Shown piece after piece: positions 16,539 to 25,655 of a stretch of 32,950 nucleotides of DNA. The stretch is taken from contig CANGUS010000001.1 of assembly GCA_947457085.1 (NCBI GenBank), positions 1 through 32,950 of the forward strand, written 5' to 3'. The notes beneath the pieces are model-generated. The model did no database searches and was not told the origin of the DNA. It worked only from the letters and a program-made list of their open reading frames with translations. The first letter of the stretch is position 1. Every line of letters begins with the position of its first letter. A program made the position numbers and the translations under genes. The DNA comes from Bacteroidota bacterium (GTDB taxonomy: Bacteria > Bacteroidota > Bacteroidia > Chitinophagales > Chitinophagaceae).

Positions 16539-17924
16539 ATGAAGAATAAAATAGTATTATTTTTATTGTTAGCCACTGCCATTGTAAAAGTAGAAGGCCA
16601 ATCGAAAATGTTGTTGAAAGATTGCATTGAATATGCAATAAAAAATCAACCAAAAATGAAAAATGCATTGTTAGATGAGCAAATGCAAATAGAAAAAAAT
16701 AATGAAATCGTGGGGATTGCTCGACCACAAGTAAAGGCAACGGGACAATTTCAATATTTATTTGTGGTGCCAAAATCTCGATTAGATGCCAATGCGTTTA
16801 ATTTTGGTTCGTCGTTTAGCTTTTTTAAAATAGACACGCCTGCTTTTGTAGCCTATCAAAATAGACCAAGAGATAAATACAGCGAAGCTAAATTTGGATT
16901 GCCGTTGAATATGTCTATGGGAGTGCAAGCATCACAAATTTTATTTGATGCAGGTGTTTTGGTAGCATTAAAAGCAAGACAAAGTTTAGTAGATTTATCA
17001 AAATTAAACACGCAACGAACCGAGGAAGAAATTAGGGTGAATGTTTCCAAAGCATACTATAATTGTGTGATAGCAGAAAAAAGAATGGCTTTGTTAAATG
17101 AGAATATCAAGCTAATTACTTCTGTTGAAGACATGACTCGAAAATTGTTTCAAGAAGGTTTTGCAGAAAAAATAGATGCAGATCGTTTGTTGGTACAACG
17201 CAATAATTTAGAAACGGAGAAAGACAAAATAAATAATTTAATAGAGTTGAGCTATGCTTTACTTAAATTTCAAATGGGCATGTCGATGAATGAAAATATT
17301 ACATTAAATCAGGAATTAAGCATAGATGAAGTGAAGAATGGCTTAGAACTTGACAAAGTGGTTGATTATAACAATCGAATAGAAATGAATCTATTAAATA
17401 CAGCCAAAAAATTAAATCAATATGATTTAGAAAGACATCAAAAAAGTTATTTGCCTACGGTAGTGGCTGCTTTAAGTGGAAGTTATGCCTCTCAAACCAT
17501 TGCATTCAAAGAGTTGTTTACACTGCCTTATTTTCCAACAGGAGCTTTTGTGTTAAGTGCCAGTGTTCCATTGTATGATGGAAATTCTAGAAAAGCAAAA
17601 GTAAGACAAGCCAAATTGAGTCTGTTGAAAAATGAAAATGACATTGATGCATTTAAACAAGCAGTTGACTTAGAAAGTAATAATGCAAAAACTCAATTGA
17701 AAAATAGTTTGATGTCATTAGAAAATCAAGAAAACAATATTGAATTAGCTCAAAAAGTGTATGACATTGCACAAAAGAAATACAAAGAAGGCTTAGGAAC
17801 AAATATTGAAATTATTCAAGCCGAGACATCTTTAAAAGAAGCCAAAACAAATTATTACAACTCGTTGTATGATGCCATTATTTCAAAAATTGATTTCCAA
17901 AAATCACTCGGCTTGTTAAAATAA
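16539..17924 (+). CDS. TolC-family outer membrane efflux protein
   Basis: 461 aa with a signal peptide (LFLLLATAIVKVEGQ) and a two-repeat coiled-coil/barrel organisation typical of outer membrane factor proteins. It starts 2 nt after the tetR stop. Confidence 0.85.
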   Translation: MKNKIVLFLLLATAIVKVEGQSKMLLKDCIEYAIKNQPKMKNALLDEQMQIEKNNEIVGIARPQVKATGQFQYLFVVPKSRLDANAFNFGSSFSFFKIDTPAFVAYQNRPRDKYSEAKFGLPLNMSMGVQASQILFDAGVLVALKARQSLVDLSKLNTQRTEEEIRVNVSKAYYNCVIAEKRMALLNENIKLITSVEDMTRKLFQEGFAEKIDADRLLVQRNNLETEKDKINNLIELSYALLKFQMGMSMNENITLNQELSIDEVKNGLELDKVVDYNNRIEMNLLNTAKKLNQYDLERHQKSYLPTVVAALSGSYASQTIAFKELFTLPYFPTGAFVLSASVPLYDGNSRKAKVRQAKLSLLKNENDIDAFKQAVDLESNNAKTQLKNSLMSLENQENNIELAQKVYDIAQKKYKEGLGTNIEIIQAETSLKEAKTNYYNSLYDAIISKIDFQKSLGLLK

Positions 17925-18027
17925 ATAAGGGCGATACCTTATCAAAACATTTTTAATAGTCAGTAAGTAAAATAATAATTCAAAAAAAATACGCACACAT
18001 TGCGATAAAAAAATAAAATACATACAA

Positions 18028-19161
18028 ATGAAAAATAAAATGATTAAAATTACATCAACCGCTTTTTTAGCAATCACATTACTTGCATCCTGCGGCGGAA
18101 AACAAAATAAAGATTCAAAAGCAGCACTTGCAGAATTGAAGAAGCAACAAAAAGAAATACAAGATAAAATAGCTTCTTTAGAGTTAGAAAATATGAGTAA
18201 AGACAGTAATTCTATTCGTAAGGTTGCTGTAGAGATAACGCCAATGGCACCATCTGTTTTTAATAATTACATAGATGTTCAGGGGAAAATTGATTTAGAT
18301 GAAGTTGTAAATGCGATTCCAGAAACGCCTGGTATTATCAGTGCGATATTAGTTCATCAAGGACAATATGTGCGTAAAGGACAAGTAGTTGCTACTTTAC
18401 GAGCAGAGCAAGTTGACAGAGGAATTTCAGAATTAGATCAACAAATATCATTTGCAAAATTATTGTACGATAAACAAAAAAGATTGTGGGATCAAGAAAT
18501 TGGAACAGAGATACAATTGTTACAAGCAAAAAATAATTATGATGGTTTGTTGAAAAAGAAACAAACTGTATTGACTCAAAAAAGTACATTTAATGTAACC
18601 TCTCCAATCAATGGGGTTGTTGATGCAATTGATGCAACGGTAGGACAAAGCTATTCAAATCCGATGGCAGCGCCTGTGATCAAAATTATTAATACGGCTA
18701 AATTAAAAGTACAAGCGAATATTCCTGAGAATTACTCTTCTGTAGTAAAAACGGGAAGCAATTGCATGGTGGTTTTTACGGACATTAATGATTCTTTAGT
18801 TACTCGAATAAATTATGTTGAAAAAACTATTAATCCAGTAACAAGAACTTATTCAGCATACATTCCATTGGCTACCAATTCGAAATATCAACCGAATATG
18901 ACGGCACAAGTAAAGATTGCAACGTATCAAAATGCGAGAGCATTTGTATTGCCATATTCATTGATTCAAAAAACAGACAATGGGAATTATGTGTATGTGG
19001 CGGATGCAGGAAATAAAGCGAAATTGATTCCTGTTCAACTTGGTAATTCATATCAAAACAAAGTAGAAATAGTGAGCGGTTTGGTATTGGGAGACAAGGT
19101 GATCACTTCAGGATATGAAGAATTAAATGAAGGGGATCTATTGCAATTTGATAATAACTAA
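18028..19161 (+). CDS. efflux RND periplasmic adaptor (membrane fusion protein), lipoprotein
   Basis: 377 aa with lipobox LLASCGG, a coiled-coil hairpin and lipoyl/beta-barrel segments (VKKGQVVATL..., PINGVVDAI...). Located between the OMF and RND genes. Confidence 0.9.
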   Translation: MKNKMIKITSTAFLAITLLASCGGKQNKDSKAALAELKKQQKEIQDKIASLELENMSKDSNSIRKVAVEITPMAPSVFNNYIDVQGKIDLDEVVNAIPETPGIISAILVHQGQYVRKGQVVATLRAEQVDRGISELDQQISFAKLLYDKQKRLWDQEIGTEIQLLQAKNNYDGLLKKKQTVLTQKSTFNVTSPINGVVDAIDATVGQSYSNPMAAPVIKIINTAKLKVQANIPENYSSVVKTGSNCMVVFTDINDSLVTRINYVEKTINPVTRTYSAYIPLATNSKYQPNMTAQVKIATYQNARAFVLPYSLIQKTDNGNYVYVADAGNKAKLIPVQLGNSYQNKVEIVSGLVLGDKVITSGYEELNEGDLLQFDNN

Positions 19162-19251
19162 TAGTGTAAAAAAAGAATAATAGAGATTCGAAAATTTGAA
19201 ATTTAGGTTAGCAATAATCATCAAATGTTCAATCATCAAATTTAAAAAATA

Positions 19252-22200
19252 ATGAAATTTAATCCATCACGTTGGCCCATCAATAATAGAACCAGTATCT
19301 ATGTATTGACAATCATTATCACAGCCATTGGCTTGATAAGTTATTTAAATCTTCCTAAGGAGCAATTTCCTGAAGTGAAGTTTCCACAAATTATTGTACA
19401 GACCGTTTATCCAGGAACCTCACCAGAAAACATGGAAAATTTGGTTTCTAAACCGATTGAAAAACAATTAAAAAACATTGCCGGAATAAAGAAAGTTACG
19501 AGTAATTCTTTCCAAGATTTTTCGGTTGTGATTGCAGAATTTAATACCGATGTAAAAGTTCCAAAAGCAAAACAAGATGTAAAAGATGCCGTAGATAAAG
19601 CAAAATCGGATGCGAATGGATTGCCAAAAAATTTACCAAACGATCCTGAAATAAAAGACATAGATGTATCAGAATTTCCGATTCGCAATGTAAATATTTA
19701 TGGTAATTATGATGTGAAGCGTTTAGAAGAATATGCAGATAAAATAAAAGATAGAATTGAAAATTTAAAAGAAATCAAACGCATTGATAAAGTAGGAGGT
19801 TTAGACAGAGAAATTCAGATCAATGTAGATTTGTTTAAAATGCAAGCGTCTCAATTATCATTCAGAGATATTCAAGGTGCCATTGCCTATGAGAATGTAG
19901 AAGCAACACCAGGGATTGTAAAAGTAGATGGTGAGCAACGGATTATCAGTTTGAAAAAAGTATTTAAATCGGCAGACGAAATCAAAAATACGATTGTGAA
20001 AAATCCTATGGGTGCATCTGTTTATTTGAAAGATATTGCGGAAGTAAAAGATACTTATAAAGAGCAAGAAAGTTTTGCTCGATTGAATAGTAAAAATGTA
20101 ATCACCCTCAATGTAATTAAAGCAAGTGGTCAAAATTTAATTGATGCATCTGATAAAATAGATAATATAATAGCAGAAATGAAAAAGACTGAATTGCCCA
20201 AAGAATTGAATGTGGTAGTTACCGGAGATCAGTCTGACCAAACGAGAACAACCCTACATGATTTAATAAATACCATCATCATTGGATTTATATTAGTTAC
20301 GTTTATTTTGATGTTTTTTATGGGAACTACCAATGCCATTTTTGTGGCAATGTCGGTTCCATTATCATGTGCCATTGCATTCATGGTTTTACCAAGCATT
20401 GGCTTCACACTCAACATGATCGTGTTGTTTGCCTTTTTGTTAGCATTGGGAATTGTGGTAGATGATGCCATTGTCGTCGTCGAAAACTCACATCGGATTA
20501 TGCATGATGAGAAAGTGTCGGCAAAAGAAGCTGTTGAAAAAGCAGCGGGCGAAGTTTTCTTACCAGTATTAACAGGAACGATTACCACCTTGTTGCCATT
20601 TATTCCATTGGCTTTTTGGAAAGGTGTGATTGGTAGTTTTATGTTTTACTTGCCGATTACATTAATCATTACTTTATTGGCTTCTTTATTAGTTGCTTAC
20701 ATTATCAACCCAGTATTTGCGGTAGATTTTATGAAGGAAAATGAATATGATGGCAAAACAAAAATAAAATGGAGCAAGGGAACGTCTATTACAGCCATTG
20801 TATTTTTTGTTGTAGCTATTTTAGCTTATTTATTTGGCAATATTGGTTTTGGAAATTTCACTGTCGTCATGTTTTTATTGTTTTTATTAAACAAATTTAT
20901 TTTGGTAAAATGGATACGAACTTTCCAAACAAAAATTTGGCCTAAAGTACAAAGAGGATACATTAAAGTATTGAGTTGGGCTTTAGATAATAGAGGAAAG
21001 TCAATGGCAGGAATTGTAGGATTGTTGGTTTTATCAATCATCTTAATTGCTGTTCGATCCCCTAAAGTTGTTTTCTTTCCTACCGCTGAACCCAATTTTG
21101 CTTATGTATATTTAACGATGCCAGAAGGAACCGATCAAACCAAAACCAATGAAGTACTTAAACAGTTAGAAACAAAAGTATACAAAGCATTGGATATTGA
21201 TTTAGCCACAGGGAAAACAAATCCTATTGTTACCTCTGTAATTTCCAATGTAAAAGTAGGCGCTACAGATCAAAACAGTGGAGAGATTGGGGAGTATCCT
21301 AACAGAGGAAAAATTACGGTTTCGTTTATTAAATTTGAAGAACGTCATGGCAAAAGCACTACAGAATTATTGAGTAAAGTGAGAGAGGCAGTAAGAAATA
21401 TTCCCGGTGCAAAAATTACAGTTAGCCAAGAAAGCAATGGACCGCCAACTGCTAAACCTATTTTAATTGAAATTACTGGAGAAAATTTAGATAGCATCAT
21501 CGCAACTTCAAAACGAATGAAAAGTTATTTGGATCAAAAACAAATTGCTGGGGTTGAAGAATTAAAAAGTGATTTCCAAGCGAATAAACCAGAGATTATT
21601 TTTAATCTAGATAGAAGTAGAATGAATTCAGAGGGAATTAGTACAGGAATGATTGCACAAGATTTAAGAACAGCTATGTTCGGCATGGAAATCTCTCGTT
21701 TTAAAGATGCCAATGATGATTATCCAATTACGTTGCGTTTAAATAAAGAACAACAAAATAATATTGACATCATTAAAAATATCAATATGACGTATAGAGA
21801 TATGAGCATGGGTGGACAGGTTCGTCAGGTGCCAATAGGTAGTTTCGTGGATTTAAAATATGGAAATACCTATGGAGGAATTAAACGGAAAGATGAAAAA
21901 AGAATCATCACCCTTTCATCCAATGTACTGAGTGGTTTTAATGCCAATGAGGTGGTTGCGGAAATTCAATCGGAATTGAATAATTTTAAAGGGACTCCGG
22001 GCGTTGATTTTAGAATGGGTGGAGAGCAAGAAGAGCAGGCTGAAACAGGTAGATTTTTAGGAGGTGCGATGGGATTGTCAATGCTATTGATATTTTTAAT
22101 ATTAATGATCCAATTCAATTCATTTAGTAGAACCATAATTATTATGAGTGAAATTATTTTAAGTGTGATTGGTGTATTTTTAGGAACAGGTATTTTTAAT

Positions 22201-22617
22201 ATGGATTTTGTAATTGTAATGACTGGAATAGGCATTGTAGCCTTAGCAGGTATAGTAGTAAGAAATGGGATATTATTAATTGAGTTTGCAGATATAAAAT
22301 TGCATGAAGGAATGTCGCCAAGAGAAGCCATGATAGAGGCAGGTAAAACTAGAATGACACCAGTAGTGCTTACCGCTACAGCTACCATGCTAGGATTAGT
22401 TCCGTTGGCTGTTGGTTTAAACATGGATTTTGCTTCATTATTTCAAACAGGGAATCCGCATATTTTCTTTGGAGGTGACAGTGTAGCGTTTTGGGGTCCG
22501 TTGAGTTGGACGATGATTTACGGATTGGGTTTCGCAACCATTATTACTTTAATAATTGTTCCTGTAATGATGGTAATGGCTTTAAACTTAAAAGCTAGAT
22601 TGAAAAAATCTAAATAA
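19252..22617 (+). CDS. RND efflux permease (AcrB/AcrD/AcrF family)
   Basis: 1121 aa. N-terminal TM1 followed by a large periplasmic loop, the conserved LALGIVVDDAIVVVEN block, a duplicated half with GIVVRNGILLIEF, and multiple TM helices. Confidence 0.95.
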   Translation: MKFNPSRWPINNRTSIYVLTIIITAIGLISYLNLPKEQFPEVKFPQIIVQTVYPGTSPENMENLVSKPIEKQLKNIAGIKKVTSNSFQDFSVVIAEFNTDVKVPKAKQDVKDAVDKAKSDANGLPKNLPNDPEIKDIDVSEFPIRNVNIYGNYDVKRLEEYADKIKDRIENLKEIKRIDKVGGLDREIQINVDLFKMQASQLSFRDIQGAIAYENVEATPGIVKVDGEQRIISLKKVFKSADEIKNTIVKNPMGASVYLKDIAEVKDTYKEQESFARLNSKNVITLNVIKASGQNLIDASDKIDNIIAEMKKTELPKELNVVVTGDQSDQTRTTLHDLINTIIIGFILVTFILMFFMGTTNAIFVAMSVPLSCAIAFMVLPSIGFTLNMIVLFAFLLALGIVVDDAIVVVENSHRIMHDEKVSAKEAVEKAAGEVFLPVLTGTITTLLPFIPLAFWKGVIGSFMFYLPITLIITLLASLLVAYIINPVFAVDFMKENEYDGKTKIKWSKGTSITAIVFFVVAILAYLFGNIGFGNFTVVMFLLFLLNKFILVKWIRTFQTKIWPKVQRGYIKVLSWALDNRGKSMAGIVGLLVLSIILIAVRSPKVVFFPTAEPNFAYVYLTMPEGTDQTKTNEVLKQLETKVYKALDIDLATGKTNPIVTSVISNVKVGATDQNSGEIGEYPNRGKITVSFIKFEERHGKSTTELLSKVREAVRNIPGAKITVSQESNGPPTAKPILIEITGENLDSIIATSKRMKSYLDQKQIAGVEELKSDFQANKPEIIFNLDRSRMNSEGISTGMIAQDLRTAMFGMEISRFKDANDDYPITLRLNKEQQNNIDIIKNINMTYRDMSMGGQVRQVPIGSFVDLKYGNTYGGIKRKDEKRIITLSSNVLSGFNANEVVAEIQSELNNFKGTPGVDFRMGGEQEEQAETGRFLGGAMGLSMLLIFLILMIQFNSFSRTIIIMSEIILSVIGVFLGTGIFNMDFVIVMTGIGIVALAGIVVRNGILLIEFADIKLHEGMSPREAMIEAGKTRMTPVVLTATATMLGLVPLAVGLNMDFASLFQTGNPHIFFGGDSVAFWGPLSWTMIYGLGFATIITLIIVPVMMVMALNLKARLKKSK

Positions 22618-22637
22618 ATATTTGTAAACAAAAAATG

Positions 22638-22669
22638 AAAAGCGAAGAGTAAAATCTTCGCTTTTTTTT
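22638..22669. terminator. bidirectional rho-independent terminator shared by the RND gene (+) and the polyprenyl synthase gene (-)
   Basis: 11-bp stem AAAAGCGAAGA (22638-22648) / TCTTCGCTTTT (22655-22665) with a 6-nt loop. A T-run follows on the plus strand and an A-run precedes it (a T-run on the minus strand). Confidence 0.8.
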
Positions 22670-22679
22670 AATTTTTAAA

Positions 22680-23642
22680 TTAATATTTTCTATTGATAGA
22701 ATATTTAACCAAATTCGTTAAATGCATTTTCGCTTCAGAATCTTCAAACGCATTTAAAATTTCAAAAGCTTCCTCAACATATTGATTCATTTTTTGAGTC
22801 GCATATTCAATTCCTTTGTGTTCATTTACCGCTTCTAAAATAAATTTAATTTCTGTTTTCTTTTTTTCAGAATGTTTAAAAATAGAAATGATTTTATTTT
22901 TAGTTGCTTTGTCGCAATGATTGAGTGTATGTATTAAAGGCAAGGTCATTTTTTTTTCTTTAATATCATTGCCCGTAGGTTTGCCAATATCTTCATTTCC
23001 ATAATCAAATAAATCATCTTTTATTTGAAATGCTATTCCCACTTTTTCTCCAAAAGCACTAAATAAATTGGCTTGATCTTCATTTTCATTACTAGAAAAA
23101 GCACCGGCAGCACATGCAGAAGAAATTAAGGATGCTGTTTTACAACGAATAATATTAAAATATATTTCTTCTGTAATATCTAGCTTACGAGCCTTTTCAG
23201 CTTGCAATAATTCACCTTCGCTCATGTCTTTAACAGCAGTAGCTAAAATTTCGAGCATTCTAAAATCTTTATTATTTAAGGAAAGCAACAATCCTTTTGA
23301 TAGCAAATAATCACCCACCAATACGGCTATTTTATTTTTCCAAAGTGCATTAATTGAAAAGAAACCTCTTCTTTTATTAGAGTCATCAACCACGTCATCA
23401 TGTACTAGAGTAGCCGTGTGAAGAAGTTCAATTAAAGAGGCAGCTCTGTATGTTTTATCATTGATGTCTCCACAAACCTTAGCAGAAAGTAAAACAAACA
23501 TGGGTCTCATTTGTTTACCTTTCGACTGCACAATATATTTCATTATTTTGTCGAGCAATGATACATTGCTTTTAACTGCTTGATCAAAGACTTTTTCAAA
23601 AGCAATTAAATCTTCAAAAATAAAATTTTTTATATCTTTCAT
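22680..23642 (-). CDS. ispB: long-chain polyprenyl diphosphate synthase (octaprenyl-diphosphate synthase-like)
   Basis: 320 aa with the first Asp-rich motif LVHDDVVDD and the second QIKDDLFDY. Size and layout match IspB-type trans-prenyltransferases. Chain length cannot be read from the sequence. Confidence 0.85.
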   Translation of the reverse strand: MKDIKNFIFEDLIAFEKVFDQAVKSNVSLLDKIMKYIVQSKGKQMRPMFVLLSAKVCGDINDKTYRAASLIELLHTATLVHDDVVDDSNKRRGFFSINALWKNKIAVLVGDYLLSKGLLLSLNNKDFRMLEILATAVKDMSEGELLQAEKARKLDITEEIYFNIIRCKTASLISSACAAGAFSSNENEDQANLFSAFGEKVGIAFQIKDDLFDYGNEDIGKPTGNDIKEKKMTLPLIHTLNHCDKATKNKIISIFKHSEKKKTEIKFILEAVNEHKGIEYATQKMNQYVEEAFEILNAFEDSEAKMHLTNLVKYSINRKY

Positions 23643-23716
23643 TGAATATTGTGCAATGTTAATTAAAGTAATATTAAATACATTAAAAAAAATAAAAATT
23701 AATCTGTAAAATGTAA

Positions 23717-23724
23717 TATATTTG
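23717..23724 (+). promoter_or_regulatory. Bacteroidota -7 promoter box (TATATTTG) for OmpA paralog 1
   Basis: TATATTTG, 25 nt upstream of the ATG at 23750. Confidence 0.4.
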
Positions 23725-23749
23725 TAATATTAACCAAACAAACTAATCT

Positions 23750-25513
23750 ATGATAATCAAAAATTACCTACTATCAACCATTATGGGTTGCGCTGCATTT
23801 TTGTCAAATTCAGCAAATGCACAAAACGAAAATGCTGGAAAAATTATTTACAAAAGCGCCGGTTATGATGTTACTGATACATCTTTAATTCCTGCTAGAC
23901 GAATGGAGCAACAACGGGATTTTATGAAATCTCAATATGACTTTCCTTCAAAACCACGTAATCAGTGGGAAATAGGAGTTAATGTTGGCGCATTTAATGT
24001 TTCAGGAGATGTTCGGTCGAAGCATTTATTTACTGCAAAAAATCCAATACAAACATTGGGTTTTGGTGCTCATTTACGCAAAGCATGGGGATATGTTATT
24101 TCAACAAGATTACAATTCATACATGGAACAGCTTCAGGGTATAATTGGCAGCCAGCAACAGGATATTGGGCGCACAACAATCCTTGGAATAAAGTAAGGG
24201 TAAATGGTGTTGGGTATGCCACAGGTAGAGTATACTCCCCAACCTATTCGGCAATTCCAGTTTACTATAATTATAAAACAAATATAGATGAATTGTCTTT
24301 TCAGATGGTTGCAACTTTAAATAATATTAAATTCCATAAAGCACGAAATAAAGCAAGTTTATATGCATTAGTTGGAATGGGCGGAATGCTCTATGACACT
24401 TGGATAGATGCTATCAATGGAAGTGGAGCCAATGCTACATTATATGATTTTCAAAGCATAACAAGTAAAAACTATAACAATACACTCACAAACACAAATT
24501 GGCCCAATGGTTACAGAACTAGAAAAGCAAAAAATGCTGATTTGATGACAATGTTTGATGGAAAATATGAATCAGCAGCTGAAAAACACGACAATAGACT
24601 TTGGTTGGGCAGAGAAAGAACTTTTAGAACAATTTTTACAGCTGGATTAGGTGTTCAATTTAAATTAGGAAATAAGATTTCATTGTCTATAGAAGACAAA
24701 TTGTCTTATCCTGGAGATGATTTGATAGACGGACAAAGATGGCAAGAATGGCCTCAACCAGGTTTTGGTGGTTCAGCTATGACTCGTGACAATGATACAT
24801 ACAACTATTTATCACTCGGTTTGAATATACATATAGGAGGAAAATCAATTGAACCATTGTGGTGGATGAACCCATTAGATTATAGCTATACAAAAATCAA
24901 TAAACCCAATAGCGGCGGGGCTTGTGATATAGATAAAGATGGGGATGGTGTTTCTGATTGTTTTGATCGATGCAATGATACTCCTCTAGGAATTGCAGTT
25001 GATACTCATGGATGTGCAATTGATACAGATGGCGATGGGGTGCCAGATTTTAAAGATAAGCAATTAATTACTCCTACCGATTGTCAGCCATCGGATGCAG
25101 ACGGTATAGGTAACTGCCCTGATCCAGAATGTTGCTCCGGGAAAGCAATTTCACCAGGATGTGGAGGAATTACCGAGGGGGCCATTGAATTTCTATCGGA
25201 TAGATCTAAATTAGATGCTCGTTCAATGGCTGCATTGTCCAGTTTATCTTCAGCTATGAGAGCAAACCCTACTTGTCAGGTAGTAATTATAGGTAATGGA
25301 AATGGTAGCAAAATTGATCAACAAAGATCTTGGGATAGAGTGAATGCTGTTATTAATTATTTGGTAGATAATCAAGGGATTGACAGGGATCGATTTATTT
25401 TCCAATATGGCCAAAATGGTAACAACAACGCTGTAATTTATCGTTCTGCTGGCGAGGGTGATGAAGGCCCATCAAATCTTCCTCCACCTTTCCCCAATTT
25501 AAGAAGAGATTGA
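23750..25513 (+). CDS. OmpA-family outer membrane protein with thrombospondin type-3 repeats (paralog 1)
   Basis: 587 aa. Signal peptide (AAFLSNSANAQ), N-terminal beta-barrel-like domain, Cys-rich Ca-binding TSP3 repeats (DKDGDGVSDCFDRC..., DTDGDGVPDFKDKQ) and a C-terminal OmpA-like domain (WDRVNAVINYLVDNQGIDRDRF). Ends with TGA TAA TAG. Confidence 0.9.
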   Translation: MIIKNYLLSTIMGCAAFLSNSANAQNENAGKIIYKSAGYDVTDTSLIPARRMEQQRDFMKSQYDFPSKPRNQWEIGVNVGAFNVSGDVRSKHLFTAKNPIQTLGFGAHLRKAWGYVISTRLQFIHGTASGYNWQPATGYWAHNNPWNKVRVNGVGYATGRVYSPTYSAIPVYYNYKTNIDELSFQMVATLNNIKFHKARNKASLYALVGMGGMLYDTWIDAINGSGANATLYDFQSITSKNYNNTLTNTNWPNGYRTRKAKNADLMTMFDGKYESAAEKHDNRLWLGRERTFRTIFTAGLGVQFKLGNKISLSIEDKLSYPGDDLIDGQRWQEWPQPGFGGSAMTRDNDTYNYLSLGLNIHIGGKSIEPLWWMNPLDYSYTKINKPNSGGACDIDKDGDGVSDCFDRCNDTPLGIAVDTHGCAIDTDGDGVPDFKDKQLITPTDCQPSDADGIGNCPDPECCSGKAISPGCGGITEGAIEFLSDRSKLDARSMAALSSLSSAMRANPTCQVVIIGNGNGSKIDQQRSWDRVNAVINYLVDNQGIDRDRFIFQYGQNGNNNAVIYRSAGEGDEGPSNLPPPFPNLRRD

Positions 25514-25602
25514 TAATAGAATCAATCATAAAAGACTTAAAAGACTAGTGTTATTTTTTGTTAATTTTGGTATTTTATTTTTTTTTTGTAAAAAAAAACT
25601 AC

Positions 25603-25610
25603 TAAGTTTG
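25603..25610 (+). promoter_or_regulatory. Bacteroidota -7 promoter box (TAAGTTTG) for OmpA paralog 2
   Basis: TAAGTTTG, 45 nt upstream of the ATG at 25656. A TTTG at 25585-25588 could act as a -33 element, but at 14 nt the spacing is shorter than the usual ~19 nt. Confidence 0.4.
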
Positions 25611-25655
25611 TAAAATATAACTATCGCGTAATAATCATTATTAAAAATTAAATTT

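Noticed and set aside
19216-19241. An 11-bp direct repeat, AATCATCAAAT x2 (19216-19226 and 19231-19241), in the MFP-RND intergenic spacer.
   Set aside because: Only two short AT-rich copies within an operon-internal spacer. This is plausible by chance and no associated structure or motif was found.
21966-22424. Long antisense ORFs inside large genes: 21966-22424, 20229-20588, 19407-19688 and 19858-20133 in the RND gene; 7678-8097 in the DUF3857 gene; 14127-14495 in secA; 16417-16773 across tetR/tolC; 1278-1523 over the ATPase start; 8753-9013 and 9170-9397 in the transglutaminase-like gene.
   Set aside because: Each lies fully opposite a confidently identified gene. They have low-complexity, hydrophobic or Ser/Ile/Phe-rich compositions typical of shadow frames, and none has a recognisable motif or its own promoter box.
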